64,000 nt of DNA from positions 72,044,001 through 72,108,000 of the forward strand of contig NC_043002.1 of NCBI RefSeq assembly GCF_006345805.1, given 5' to 3'. Every line of letters begins with the position of its first letter. The first letter of the stretch is position 1. Position numbers and translations under genes: made by a program. The notes below the pieces were generated by a model. It searched no databases. It was not told where the DNA came from and saw nothing but the letters and a program-made list of their open reading frames with translations. This document shows, one piece after another, positions 13,700-26,592 of this stretch. The stretch comes from Octopus sinensis. Taxonomy: Eukaryota.

Positions 13700-14519
13700 T
13701 ATTATCATTATTATATATATACGACGGGTTTCTTTCATTTACCATCTATCGAATCAACTCGCAAGGTTTTGGTCGTCCCGGGACTGTAGTAGAAGATACT
13801 TGCCCAAGGTGCACTCAACATGACCGAACCAGTACCATGAGGTGGGAAAGCAAACAACTTACTACAGAGCCATACCTGCACTTCTGTGGTTGTGTGTTAA
13901 GTATAGTTTTATATACGTATGTATGTATGTATGTATGTATGTATGTATGTATGTATGTATGTATGTATGTATGTATGTATGTATGTATGTGCGTGTGTAT
14001 GTATGTGTGTATGTATGCATGTCAAGTTTGGTACATTTAAATATTTCCATTCATTTCAATAATCGAAGCCATGTCATCCTTAAAACTACATTCAAGGAAA
14101 AGAATAGGTTCTCATTTTATCTACGTGCATTGCTACATTGATTTCCTTTACTTTTCTCGATGGTATACAGTCTTTGTAATTAAAAGCCCATTTTAGAGTG
14201 AAACGTGTTTTCCATTTTTGCATTATTCATGATGTATTACTCTTGTAATCAGAAGTTTGAGCTGTTTCTTTATTGTGTTTTGTTTATTATCTGTGTGTCT
14301 CACTTTCACTTCTTTTTATTTTGTCTATAATGTAGTTTGTGAGCAATAGTAACATTCGTTACAGGTTGCCAACACTCGTTCATTGTATTGCTAACAGTAA
14401 TAGTGGGAGCTAAAAAGGAATTTCACTGGTGTTTTCGATACACAACCCACACAGGCTCACACACACACACTCACACATACACACAAGTAAAATATATGTA
14501 TATACCTGAAGTTACGTGG

Positions 14520-14756
14520 AGGTTCATGGCCTAGTGGTTAGAGCAGCGGACTCGCGGTCGAGGGATCACGGGTTCCAATCTCATACCTGGCGATATGTGT
14601 GTTTATGAGCGAAACACCTAAGCTCCACGCGGCTCCGGCAGAAGGTAATGGCGAACGTCTGCTGACTCTTTCGCCACAACTTTCTTTCACTCTTTCCTCC
14701 TACATCTTGCGGCTCACCTGCGACGGACCGGCGTCCCGTCCAAGTAGAGAACCCAA
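14520..14756 (+). mobile_element. tRNA-derived SINE, family D
   Basis: TGGCCTAGTGGTTAGAGC (A box)...GGGTTCCAATC (B box), with 3' GCGACGGACCGGCGTCCCGTCC. Confidence 0.75.
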
Positions 14757-15119
14757 ACGCCAAAGAAACCTATATATACCAGAAGAAACATATATATATA
14801 TACCAGAAGTTACGATAAACACAACTTTATATTATTTGTTCCTCTATACATTTCACTATTGTGCTTGTTTGGAATTCTATGTCGGATATACCCAGTAGAG
14901 TTAGATGCTTAGTAACAACGGATCGTCAGTGAACACCTTATGCATTATGTTGCAGAGAACTGATGTCATGAGTTGGGTAGGAAGCATAGCATTTTATAAG
15001 AATTTTGAAAGATAAAGAGGAACTAAGAGACATGAGAATGCGAGAGAGAAAAGGAAAAGAAGGAAAAGACAAAATAGAGAATATCTATGTAGGATGGGTA
15101 AAATTCCCGAGATCTATGG

Positions 15120-15660
15120 ACGAGTTCTCTCCAGCTGTCTTTTCCCTCATCAACACTGCCATATCCTGTGTCTCCCAGAAACCAGTGTCTGTCTTTAGGG
15201 CGTCAACATATATGTCAACTTCGGCCTCTCCCTTCTAGTGTGTCCGCGAAAGGGCTCTCAGAGGAGCACTAAGTACAATATCAACTCTGAAAGACGGTTA
15301 GCATGTCCAGCTAACCTTAATCTCTGTTATTCTAGAGCTAATATTAGGAGACTCTCGTACAGCTCTGAGTTCTTCATACTCAGTGTATACTGATTAATGC
15401 TCAGAGCTATACTCAGCATTCTCGTGTAGCACCCATCCACCATATAGATGAGTTCCTTTGTCAGTGCCTGAATCACAGACTCGCACAACAGCACAGACTT
15501 CACTGCAGCAACGAAGAGACGGGTCTTCATGTCTTTACGAAGGTCCGACTTTCATACAGATCTCAAACTATGGCATACCGCCCAGGCTTTGCTCTTCCTC
15601 TCAACTATATCACCATCTGTGTTCCCAATCTTTGCTCTCAGATACAGAAAGTCCTCAGTC
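15120..15660 (-). pseudogene. RTE-clade LINE ORF2 C-terminal relic
   Basis: KTRLFVAAVKSVLL...DGCYTRMLSIAL...LRLAGH...RRGRPKLTY, matching the RTE RT C-terminal pattern. Confidence 0.8.
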
Positions 15661-15708
15661 TGTCAGTTAAAACATTGATTGAAACGCTCAGGTAAGGAAA
15701 GAAAGATG

Positions 15709-15743
15709 GTTTAACGTTTCAAGCAAACCTCTTCTTCAGAAAC
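15709..15743 (-). ncRNA. Minimal type I hammerhead-like motif in a Penelope-type repeat fragment
   Basis: Minus strand GTTT-CTGAAGA-AGAGGTTTGCTT-GAA-ACGT-T^-AAAC. Stem I is GTTT/AAAC, stem III is the palindrome ACGT, and stem II is poor. Confidence 0.5.
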
Positions 15744-15824
15744 AGAGGAAAGTCTAATAGAAAAGGAAAACGGAGGAAAAAATCGCCAACGATTTACATG
15801 TGGTTACATTTTGAAATGCGTGTG

Positions 15825-15907
<83 letters not shown>

Positions 15908-15991
15908 GTGTGTGCGTGTGTGTGTGTCTGTGTGTGTGTTGTGTGTGTGTTTGTGTGTGTGTGCGTGTGTGTGTGTGTGTATATATATATA

Positions 15992-16600
15992 CAGGGTGGG
16001 GAAGCAAAACTTGGAATATTTCGGAAGCCTTTTCATATATTCCTAAGCGTAAATACTAAAATATTGTTTTCTATTTCAGGGTGGATGTATATGATCTAAC
16101 AAGTCCACTTAGGAAGCCAAGAGGCAACGCATTGCAGATTTGCTTCATGCTGGGGTTTCAAATAGACGTATTGCTCAGACTGTTGGGGCCTCTGCAAGCA
16201 CTGTCTGCAATGTTAAGAACCGAATGTTGGATACTGGAGGCATCAAGAGAAAGGAAGGAAGTGGAAACATAAATAAAAGACGGGATAATGCAATATCTTA
16301 AATCTCTCAAAGCCAAAATTTCGAAAGACCGAACAACATTTATGAGAAAACTGTCCATGGATATGAAAGTTAATCCATAGAGCATCGGAAATGCTGTACA
16401 CACTGATTTATATTTGGGGTCATACGTGAGGACCCCGAGACGATTATTGACTTATGCAATGAAAGCCAAAAAGCATGAAGGGGGCAAAAATATGTTGCGA
16501 TACCTGAAGCACAGTGAACCCACCTGCCAAAATCTTTTTAGATGAAAATATCCTTACTTTTGATGCTGTTTTAAAACGTCACAATGATCGATACATTGTT
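15992..16600 (+). mobile_element. 3'-truncated Tc1/mariner-superfamily element (maT/DD37D-like)
   Basis: TA|CAGGGTGGGG terminus. Degenerate ORF KRQRIADLLHAGVSNRRIAQTVGASASTVCNVK (HTH)...KIFLDENILTFDAVLKRHNDRY (~FSDEKIFTVD..N.RNDR). Confidence 0.75.
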
Positions 16601-17081
16601 AAGTTACATTCTGAAATAAAGGGCATCGATCACTGGAACTGTAAAAATTTGTAAAACTTCCCATTGTTTAAATACATATGAGTATGACTAGATATGCAAC
16701 TATATGCAGAAGAATACATACAAATCTGCGCATACATACATAGATACATACATACATACATACATACATACATACATACATACATACATACATACATACA
16801 AAAATACCCTGCTGTTGATGTTGAAATTCCAATGAAGGAGCCTTGGATCTAGGTTAGAAACCGGTTCATTCTCTATTGGCAAGAAATCTTGAAATAAATT
16901 GAATAATGACATACATACATACATACATACATACATACACACTTGCTTACATACATACATACACACACACACACATACATACATACATACATACATACAT
17001 ACATACATACATACATACATACATACATACATACATACATACATACATACATACATACATACATACATACATACATACATA

Positions 17082-18125
17082 CGAAGGTAGGCTGAAATGT
17101 TCATAGGCTGACTACCAAGGAATGATGTCAGAGCTGTGAAATATTGCAAGCATTAATTTCATCTCTCCTTATTAATAACTGTATTGTTTCTTTCCAGGTG
17201 CGTGAACTGACTTGTGACTGTTCAAAAAAGCCTTCAAAAGTAACTAGTATCAACTTCTTTTGAATATGTACAAAATTCGGCATCGTGGTGTTATCAAGTA
17301 TCTACAGGAAAAAGTGTTTAATCCCCAAGGACATTCAATCCTATATGGTTGCTACAGTTCTATATTTAAGAGATGAGTAATTATGTGCATTATTTATATT
17401 ATTTACATTACTTATATTCGACAGATATTTATCCTCATCTTGTTTGTTACTAACACAACGTTTCGGCTGATATACTCTCCAGCCTTTTTCAGGTGTCTTG
17501 GGGGGAATTTTCGAACCTGAGTTCTTATTCGTAAGGTATCATTTTCGATGTTATTATTAATATTATTAACAACAAACAAGATTAGGACAAATATCCGGTG
17601 ATTGTAAATAATCTAAATAATGTAAATAATAGTTGCTACTTTCGGAGATGACGCTCCAGCATTATCAAAAGAACAAAAATATGCGTCATCATTTTGAACC
17701 AGAAACAAAAGAGGCAATCCATGCAATTGAAACACCCCTCCTCAACCGCTCCAAAGAAGGCCAGGGTCATTTCATCTACAGTGAGGGTGTTGGCCTTAGT
17801 TTCTTGGAATGCAGGAGGGCCACACCATCAATGATGAGTGCTCTCCCAACTTTCTGAGTTACGAAAGGCTATCAAGGCCAAACACCAACGAAAGGAGCCA
17901 TATTTTATCAGGTCCCAGCACCGGCACACAAGTCAAAGGTTTCAATAGCTTCTGTGTGTGTGACTGTGGCTTTGAATTGGTTGATCACCCTCCCTGTTCT
18001 CCTCATTTGCCGTCATCATACTCTCATCTGTTCCCCAACTGGAAAAAAAAATACTTGGCAGGGAACCAGTATCGCTGTGATGATGACGTCAAATCTGCTG
18101 TGATGAATTTTTTGAGCCACTTTTC
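17082..18125 (+). mobile_element. Degenerate mariner (DD34D) transposon, interrupted
   Basis: TA|CGAAGG terminus. Fragments MYKIRHRGVIKYLQ, VATFGDDAP, HHFEPETK, and LVDHPPCSPHLPSSYSHLFP (~YSPDLAPSDF). Confidence 0.85.
17356..17631 (-). mobile_element. Short Penelope-type insertion with partial inverted repeat and mutated hammerhead, flanked by an 8-bp TSD
   Basis: GTTGCTAC at 17348-17355 and 17632-17639. Minus strand ACAC-CTGAAAA-A-GGCTG..CAGCC-GAA-ACGT-T^-GTGT at 17453-17496. Confidence 0.7.
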
Positions 18126-18323
18126 AGCCAACATTCGCACATACATACGTACGCACACATACATAAATGTAAACATATATACATTCATAGCACGAACATA
18201 CACAAAAATATATATATGCATTTTTTCATTAATAAAAAATTTGTTATTTTATCTAACTACCTTGCCTTCACATATATCCATGTATACATATATGTACGTG
18301 TGTGTGTGTGTTTGTGTGTGTGC

Positions 18324-18411
<88 letters not shown>

Positions 18412-18858
18412 TAAAAACCACAAAGCAGTCGAGATTAAAGGTTCGGAAATTCAAAACATTTCTGCCATTAACTAATATTGAAAATTTTTTTAAGTCAAAG
18501 AACGTTGTTTTAATGGAACACAACGACTGCTTCTAACATCTACAACTCGATACACGTTCGTATCTGATTTTCATTTTTAATCCTGTTATCATTCACTAAC
18601 AACAATTAATGGGAGAAAATTGTTCCTCGAGAAACAGATATCATATATAAGGTTTGTATTAATTGGAATATAATAAATGGAATTAAGTGATAACAACTGA
18701 TGTGAAACATTAGGATAAATATGTATATCAATGTATGTGTATTTATGATTCAACTGTTCGAAATGAGACGTTGTGCGCTGCCGCTTGACTGGACAGCTGG
18801 TTTTAACGACAGTACTGTTTTGGCGCTGAAAGCAAACATTCACATCCCGCGCACAGAA

Positions 18859-18889
<31 letters not shown>

Positions 18890-19538
18890 TAAGCCAAACA
18901 TGAAAACACAAAGAGAAAAAAAAACAACGCGAAGACGTGGAAGAAGTATAGTGTTATAACGGGGTGAGAGATAGGGTTTTTACAATTTATTGATTCAGTA
19001 CGATTGACATCATATACATATTCTCTCTCCTCATACCCACAGAGAAATATGCCCATGCATAAGTAGAGAGAGGAAAACAGGGAAGGAGAGAACGAGAGAA
19101 ACAGTAAAACGAGTGAAACATAAAAAGAACATCTGAAGTCAAATAGGTCAGCGTCGAATCAGTGCTGCCAGAAAAGCGGCGCCCAAACGTCTCGTAGCAA
19201 CTGGTGTTGATGTCGAAGCATTTATTCCCTAAATCAAGGCGGTGTTCAACTCATTGAATTATCTTGCCGTTGTCATAATTACCAGATAGATTCTGCGTGA
19301 CACTGAGTACAACGGTTGAACCTTTAAATTACCGTACAGACCGTCGGGGCGGGGGATTCTACAAAATTTCCATTAACACATTGTCACTCACAGCACTTGG
19401 AGCGACCCAAGATTACGACAGAGACATTTGCCAAACATTCCAAGCAGTATGGCTGAAACAGCCACCTTTTAATTGTGAAACGAATTCTTTAAATAAGTCT
19501 GTCATGCCTGTGTCTACTGTCGATAGATAGATAGATAT

Positions 19539-19611
<73 letters not shown>

Positions 19612-19950
19612 CAGACAGACATTGTTATAGGGTGGCAAACTGTCAGAGTCATTAGAACGTTGAAAAGCATGATTACTTGTCCTTCTCCAGCTCATTACGC
19701 TCTGAGTTCAAATAATTTCATTGAGGTCAAACTTTACCTCTCTTAGCTCAGGGGTCGACAAAATAATACACCACTCAAGTAATAAGGTTCATGATATTGA
19801 CTTGCCCCCAAACTTGTCTTCCACTGCAGAACGGATATGTGTGTGTTTGTGTGTGTGTGTGTGCATGTCTGTGTGTGTGTGTATGTGTATGTGTGTATAC
19901 ATATATATATATATATATACGTTTCTGTGTATGCATGTGTGTATGCGTGT

Positions 19951-20002
<52 letters not shown>

Positions 20003-20079
20003 GTGTGTGTGTATGTATGTATAAAAGTACAAATGTGCAAATACATACATAAATATATTTATACGTAATATATATATAT

Positions 20080-20126
<47 letters not shown>

Positions 20127-21460
20127 CATATATATAAATATACATACATACAAATATACATATATACAAATATTATGTGGGGGGGGGCTATGCACGCATA
20201 TAAATGTGTGTGATGTGTGTGTGTGCGTGCGTGTGTGTGTGTGTGTGCGTGCGTGTGTATGTGCGTGCGTGTGTGTGTGTGTGTGTGAGAGCGAGAGAGA
20301 GAGAGAATATTTGTATCGTATTTGTATTATCCTTGCAGCGACTCACAGCGATTAAGAGATATACTTTTGGTTAAATAAAAACCGACGTGTGATTTTAATC
20401 ACAAGCAGACATTACTTCACTTATGAAGCTTAATACACTTGGGAAACGTATGAACATCAGACTCCGCATTTCTACTTATTTAAAATACAGGACATTTTAG
20501 GCCTAGTCAGAAATGAATCAATATCTAATAAGCTATCACAATCAGGAATAATTGTACTAATAATTTTTTATACACAATCTTATGATTATTTATTTATATA
20601 TTTATTGATTTGATTTTATATATTCATTTCGTCTATTTATTTATTTATTCATTTATTTTCGCGTGATTTACGCGGCCCGGTGTTCTATATTTGAAGCTTT
20701 TCATTTCTAGCTGACATGTTGAATAGTTTTAATTAAACCGGAAATTCAGAATGCACCAAATAATGGTGTGCATATGTGAATGTCTGTGTTTGCGTTAGTG
20801 TGTGCGTATGTGTGTGTGTTTGTGTGAGACCTTGCTTGTGTGCGTGCGCGCGAATGTGTGTGCGTGTGTGAGTGTGGATGTATGCAATATATTACTATGT
20901 ATATAGATATATTGGTAGATACATGTTCTACATGTGTACTGATATATGTGTGCGTCTATAAATTCATTTAGACTTGACTATATATACGCGTATAAGTAAA
21001 TAATATTATATATATATATATATATAATATATATATATATTATATATATATATATATTGTTATTTTTCAGTCTCTCTAAAGGAGACTACGGCAGCGGAAC
21101 TGAATATTAATAGTTATCGCCAAGCTAAAATGGCAGCCCAGGAAAATAGGACGAATGCTGCCGTTGATTAGCTCCAAGAGACCATCGCCTCTAGCTAGCT
21201 ATGTGACACATGAACCTGTGTCCAATATAACCTTCGAACTGGGGAGGTCAGCCGCTTCCCCTTGCTGGTCTGGCATTTACAGGCTAGTTTCAGGGTATTT
21301 GCCTCCTATCAATGTAGAGTAGCCGAACCCAGCAGGCTTCGCTGCTGACCGTCTGTTCGAAGGATTATTTACCTAAAATTCAGTGGAATACTTCCACTGT
21401 TTTTCAAAAATAGAAATATTAATATTTCGGTACTGGATAGTAATAGTTATTGCCAAGTTA

Positions 21461-21671
21461 TGCCGAAAATGAACTTTCTGATCTTCCATTTTAAAGGGTT
21501 ACAGATTTAAAAGAGATTATAGGAACATAAATATTCTTCCACAAAAAGATAGCTTGATCTGTCCTCTAAATGGAGGTGTAGTCAAATCCTATTTTATGGA
21601 ATCAACCATGTTCTAAAATAAGTCGAAAGATAAGCTACTATAAATCAGCAAGAACTTTCCGGACAACCCAA
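21461..21671 (-). mobile_element. Fragment of the mariner family seen at 11525 (one terminal part)
   Basis: Matches 11881-12079, including TIR CGAACTTTCCGGACAACCCAA+TA (with a substitution). Confidence 0.85.
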
Positions 21672-21986
21672 TATTTTGTTGTTTTTACATGAATCGCTAC
21701 GCCATTATCACCACAATTTTTGCATGAATCGCTACCCATTATCACCCCCAATTTTCTTCAGTGCCCCCTTGGAACTATCCCCCCCCCCAGGGGAAGGCAA
21801 TCCCGCCCACTTTGGGAACCACTGTCCCAGAAGGATGCTGTGGCAACTACTAGCGGCTGAATCAATTCCGGTGGATTTTATGTACCTGATCATTAATCCA
21901 AAGCTAGGACAAATGTAAGTATGTGTGTATGTATCGTGTGTGTGTCTGTGTGCTTGTTTGTAAATAACCATAAATACATATGTATA

Positions 21987-22032
<46 letters not shown>

Positions 22033-22259
22033 CGTATTAATAGTTATCGCCAAGTATACATGGCAGTCCAGAAAAATAGGACGAATGCTGCCACTGGTTA
22101 GCTCCAAGAGTCCATCGCGTCTAGGCAGCAATGTGGCACACGAACCTGTGTCCATTATAACCTTCGAACAGGGCTATAATGGGTACAGGTTCGTGTGTCA
22201 GATAGCTAGCTAGCGGCGAGACCCTCTTGGAGTTAATCAACGACAGCATTCGTCCTATT

Positions 22260-22536
22260 AACCAGATATTGCTCGTTCGGATTTCCATTTATTCAGGTCT
22301 CTGCAGAATAGTCTTAATGGTAAAAATTTCAATTCCTTGGATGACGTAAAAAGATAACTTGATGAATTCTTTGCCATGAAAGCCCTTCAATTCTAGAGAG
22401 AAGGTATTTTCAAGTTAAAGGAAAGATGGAGGCGCATTGTACAAGAAAATTGTTCATATTTGGCTGATTAAAAATGTAATGGCAAGTTTTATTGGCCTTT
22501 TTTTCCCCCCTTTAAAAATCGGCACGAACTTTCCGG
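22260..22536 (+). mobile_element. Fragment of the same mariner family (other terminal part, opposite orientation)
   Basis: Plus strand PDIARSDFHLFRSLQNSLNGKNFNSLDDVKR...ERWRRIVQ, then AAAAATCGGCACGAACTTTCCGG. Confidence 0.85.
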
Positions 22537-23232
22537 TTAAGTTTATTTATGAAATACAGTTGTTTTGAATTTTCTTCAGAAAGAGGTCTATGGTTAGTTG
22601 AGATGGGGAGTGCTAGGAATGTGACCAGTGTGTCAAAAGGTTCGCAACCCGAAAACGTTTAGGAACCACTGTTCGAGAAGCACACTCTAATGGAAAATCA
22701 GCGGTTTCATGTTATTACTGGACATCTTGTCTCGCCCTTCACCAGATATTTACCACGGAGATCCACAGTGTTTATCACTATGACACAGTGATATGCATGT
22801 GTCTCTTTATGGTGATTACAGTGGTTAATTATTATTCATTCTAATGAAAGTCTTATGGAAATGTGTGCAGATCTAACCAGTTGGAAGCACACTGTCACAA
22901 GGCAACGGAACTGAAAAGCGTTCTGACAGGTCATGGATGGAGAGTCAGAAATACCGTTGACATTGAGAATCACAATAAGACGGCAATCAATTGTGACGAT
23001 GGAACATTCCCTATACACGGTGTGTGCGTATGTGTGTGTTTATTTGTTTGTGTGTGTGTATGTGTATGCGTTTGTGTGGAGTTGAAAGATTCACTCTCTC
23101 GTTGGTGTGACCATTTCGTTTATCTTAACGTAACTGGCTAAAATTGCATGTCCCTTCATAAATATACATATGACATTCCATTATGGCTGCCCCCCTCGTT
23201 ATCGAGTATGGCCATTGCACGAAGCTTAATGG

Positions 23233-23400
23233 TTACTGGTGCTGTGATCGAATGTGACTTTTTAGCCCAGCTAAATATCTACAATGTCTTCTACAGAATT
23301 GGCAACTAATACCTTTACCGGTAATAGCCGGCTGTAGTTGTAACTGGGCTTCATGTACCTTTACATGTCGTTTAAGTCCTCCTGCCGAATTACACTCTCT
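23233..23400 (-). pseudogene. LINE (RTE-like) ORF2 extreme C-terminus with C2H2-like zinc fingers
   Basis: RECNSAGGLKRHVKVH...CQFCRRHCRYLAGLKSHIRSQH*. Confidence 0.6.
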
Positions 23401-23405
23401 AAACG

Positions 23406-23467
<62 letters not shown>

Positions 23468-23930
23468 CAATAATAATTAATTGATTAACTAGTAATTAAT
23501 AATTCCACCAAGTAGAATTCGGCATGATAAACGGACCATTTTTTTACCAGTGGACGCGTTTTGGAATTTGATCGGTATGAAGAATGTAAAAATCACATTT
23601 TTCCTCGTAATTATAAAATATTAAGTTTACCGAAAAATGGTCCTTTTATCATGCCGAATTCTACGTGGTGGAATTATTAATTACTAGTTAATTAATTAAT
23701 TTTACCCTTTCTTATTATTGATAATATAATTCTCTCCCTGATAATAAACTACAGTTTTTTCTGTAGTATTTTTACTCGACAACACACGTGGATGGGCAAG
23801 GGAAGGTGAGGAACCTTATTCGTATATTTTGAATTCACTGGTACTGGACGTTGAATATGATTTGTCTGATACTGCTTGAATTGGATAGGTATGTTCAATT
23901 CCAGTGCTCTCAAATCTAATATCGTGGATT

Positions 23931-24013
23931 CCTGTACTGAGGAGGAAAACGTTTGGGTGAAGTATGATTTTTACATTCTTCATACCGATCTAATTCCGAA
24001 ACGCGTCCACAGG
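23931..24013 (+). ncRNA. Type I hammerhead ribozyme motif (short palindromic stem III)
   Basis: CCTGTA-CTGAGGA-GGAA...TTCC-GAA-AC-GC-GT-C^-CACAGG. Predicted cleavage after 24007. The first stem I pair is an A.C mismatch. Confidence 0.75.
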
Positions 24014-24322
24014 TAATCAAATACCGAGTGAATTTCGTTATTTTTCCTCTCTGTCCGCATGGGTTATTTCGAGTATTTTGTTTTGTCCGAGACCCTCTTC
24101 TTACAGTAGAAGAAATAGCTAAGGTTCTTTGGCTGCTATTTCTAAATTTCGGTATGTGATAAGCAAATCTTTGCTGAACCCTAATTATAGTTATACTCGT
24201 AATTATAAAATATTGTTTAAGTTATATATGTATGTATGAATGTATTTAATATATATATATATATATGTATACATATGTATGTATATGTATGTATACATAT
24301 ATGTATGTATACAGATATGTAT

Positions 24323-24354
<32 letters not shown>

Positions 24355-24819
24355 ATCAATAATAATTAATTGATTAACTAGTAATTAATAATTCCACCAG
24401 TAGAATTCGGCATGATAAACGGACCATTTTTTTACCAGTGGACGCGTTTTGGAATTTGATCGGTATGAAGAATGTAAAAATCACATTTTTCCTCGTAATT
24501 ATAAAATATTAAGTTTACCGAAAAATGGTCCTTTTATCATGCCGAATTCTACGTGGTGGAATTATTAATTACTAGTTAATTAATTAATTTTACCCTTTCT
24601 TATTATTGATAATATAATTCTCTCCCTGATAATAAACTACAGTTTTTTCTGTAGTATTTTTACTCGACAACACACGTGGATGGGCAAGGGAAGGTGAGGA
24701 ACCTTATTCGTATATTTTGAATTCACTGGTACTGGACGTTGAATATGATTTGTCTGATACTGCTTTGAATTGGATAGGTATGTTCAATTCCAGTGCTCTC
24801 AAATCTAATATCGTGGATT

Positions 24820-24902
24820 CCTGTACTGAGGAGGAAAACGTTTGGGTGAAGTATGATTTTTACATTCTTCATACCGATCTAATTCCGAAACGCGTCCACA
24901 GG
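24820..24902 (+). ncRNA. Type I hammerhead ribozyme motif, second tandem copy
   Basis: Same sequence as 23931-24013. Predicted cleavage after 24896. Confidence 0.75.
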
Positions 24903-25205
24903 TAATCAAATACCGAGTGAATTTCGTTATTTTTCCTCTCTGTCCGCATGGGTTATTTCGAGTATTTTGTTTTGTCCGAGACCCTCTTCTTACAGTAGAA
25001 GAAATAGCTAAGGTTCTTTGGCTGCTATTTCTAAATTTCGGTATGTGATAAAGCAAATCTTTGCTGAACCCTAATTATAGTTATACTCGTAATTATAAAA
25101 TATTGTTTAAGTTATATATGTATGTATGAATGTATTTATATATATATATATATATATGTATACATATGTATGTATATGTATGTATACATATATGTATGTA
25201 TACAG

Positions 25206-25255
<50 letters not shown>

Positions 25256-25594
25256 GTATATATGAATATATATGTATGTATATATATATGTATGTATATA
25301 TACATACATATAAATATGTGTATGTGTATATATGCATGCGTATGTATCTGAATGTGCGTATATGTATGCATATTGCATATGCATATATACACATACATAC
25401 ATACATACATACATACATACATACATACATACATACGAAGTATAAGTCTATATCTATGCGTTTGTGTAAACCTAAAAGGCTAAAACCTACATTTCTCCCC
25501 ACCTTCCCAACCCTAGCAATATTGATTTTCTCAAACCATTTTTGATGAGCTTCGATTTTTAACTTTTCTTACACACACACACACATTGCTTCCT

Positions 25595-26124
<530 letters not shown>

Positions 26125-26508
26125 TAAAGAGGGGTAGGAAGTAATCAACTTCTACATAAATGTGTTTATTGTATATATGTATACATACTTACATATACGT
26201 GCATATATATACACACACATTATGTACATATATTACTCTTAAGTAAAAAAGAGAGACAGACAGAAAAAGGAAAATGTCCCTTGCATTTGAAAACTATGGA
26301 AATAGTTTTAAAAAACACTTCATATAATTTTTCCACAATTTAATTGTTTTTCATGCTTTACTCTAAGTTGAAAAGTCGCAAAGGCTGAAACCGGTACTAA
26401 AATGTTCTTTGTGATAAAATTATTTTAGTATTTTCTAACTTGTCTTATTTTCCTTTACATATCAACTCGTGTGTTCTTTTTCAACCTTCTATATACATAC
26501 ATATATAG

Positions 26509-26539
<31 letters not shown>

Positions 26540-26546
26540 ATATATA

Positions 26547-26592
<46 letters not shown>

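Larger units (their letters stand above)
23463..25240 (+). repeat. Two near-identical 889-bp tandem units of a Penelope/retrozyme-like non-coding repeat
   Basis: ATAATCAATAATAATTAATTG starts at 23463 and 24352. The units differ mainly by 1-bp indels. Each has an internal ~70-bp inverted repeat and one hammerhead motif. Confidence 0.92.

Noticed and set aside
26363-26404. Hammerhead-like TTGAAAA-GTCGCAAAGGCT-GAAACCGGTA-CTAAA
   Set aside because: Two core substitutions and weak stems I and II, so it cannot be distinguished from chance by eye.
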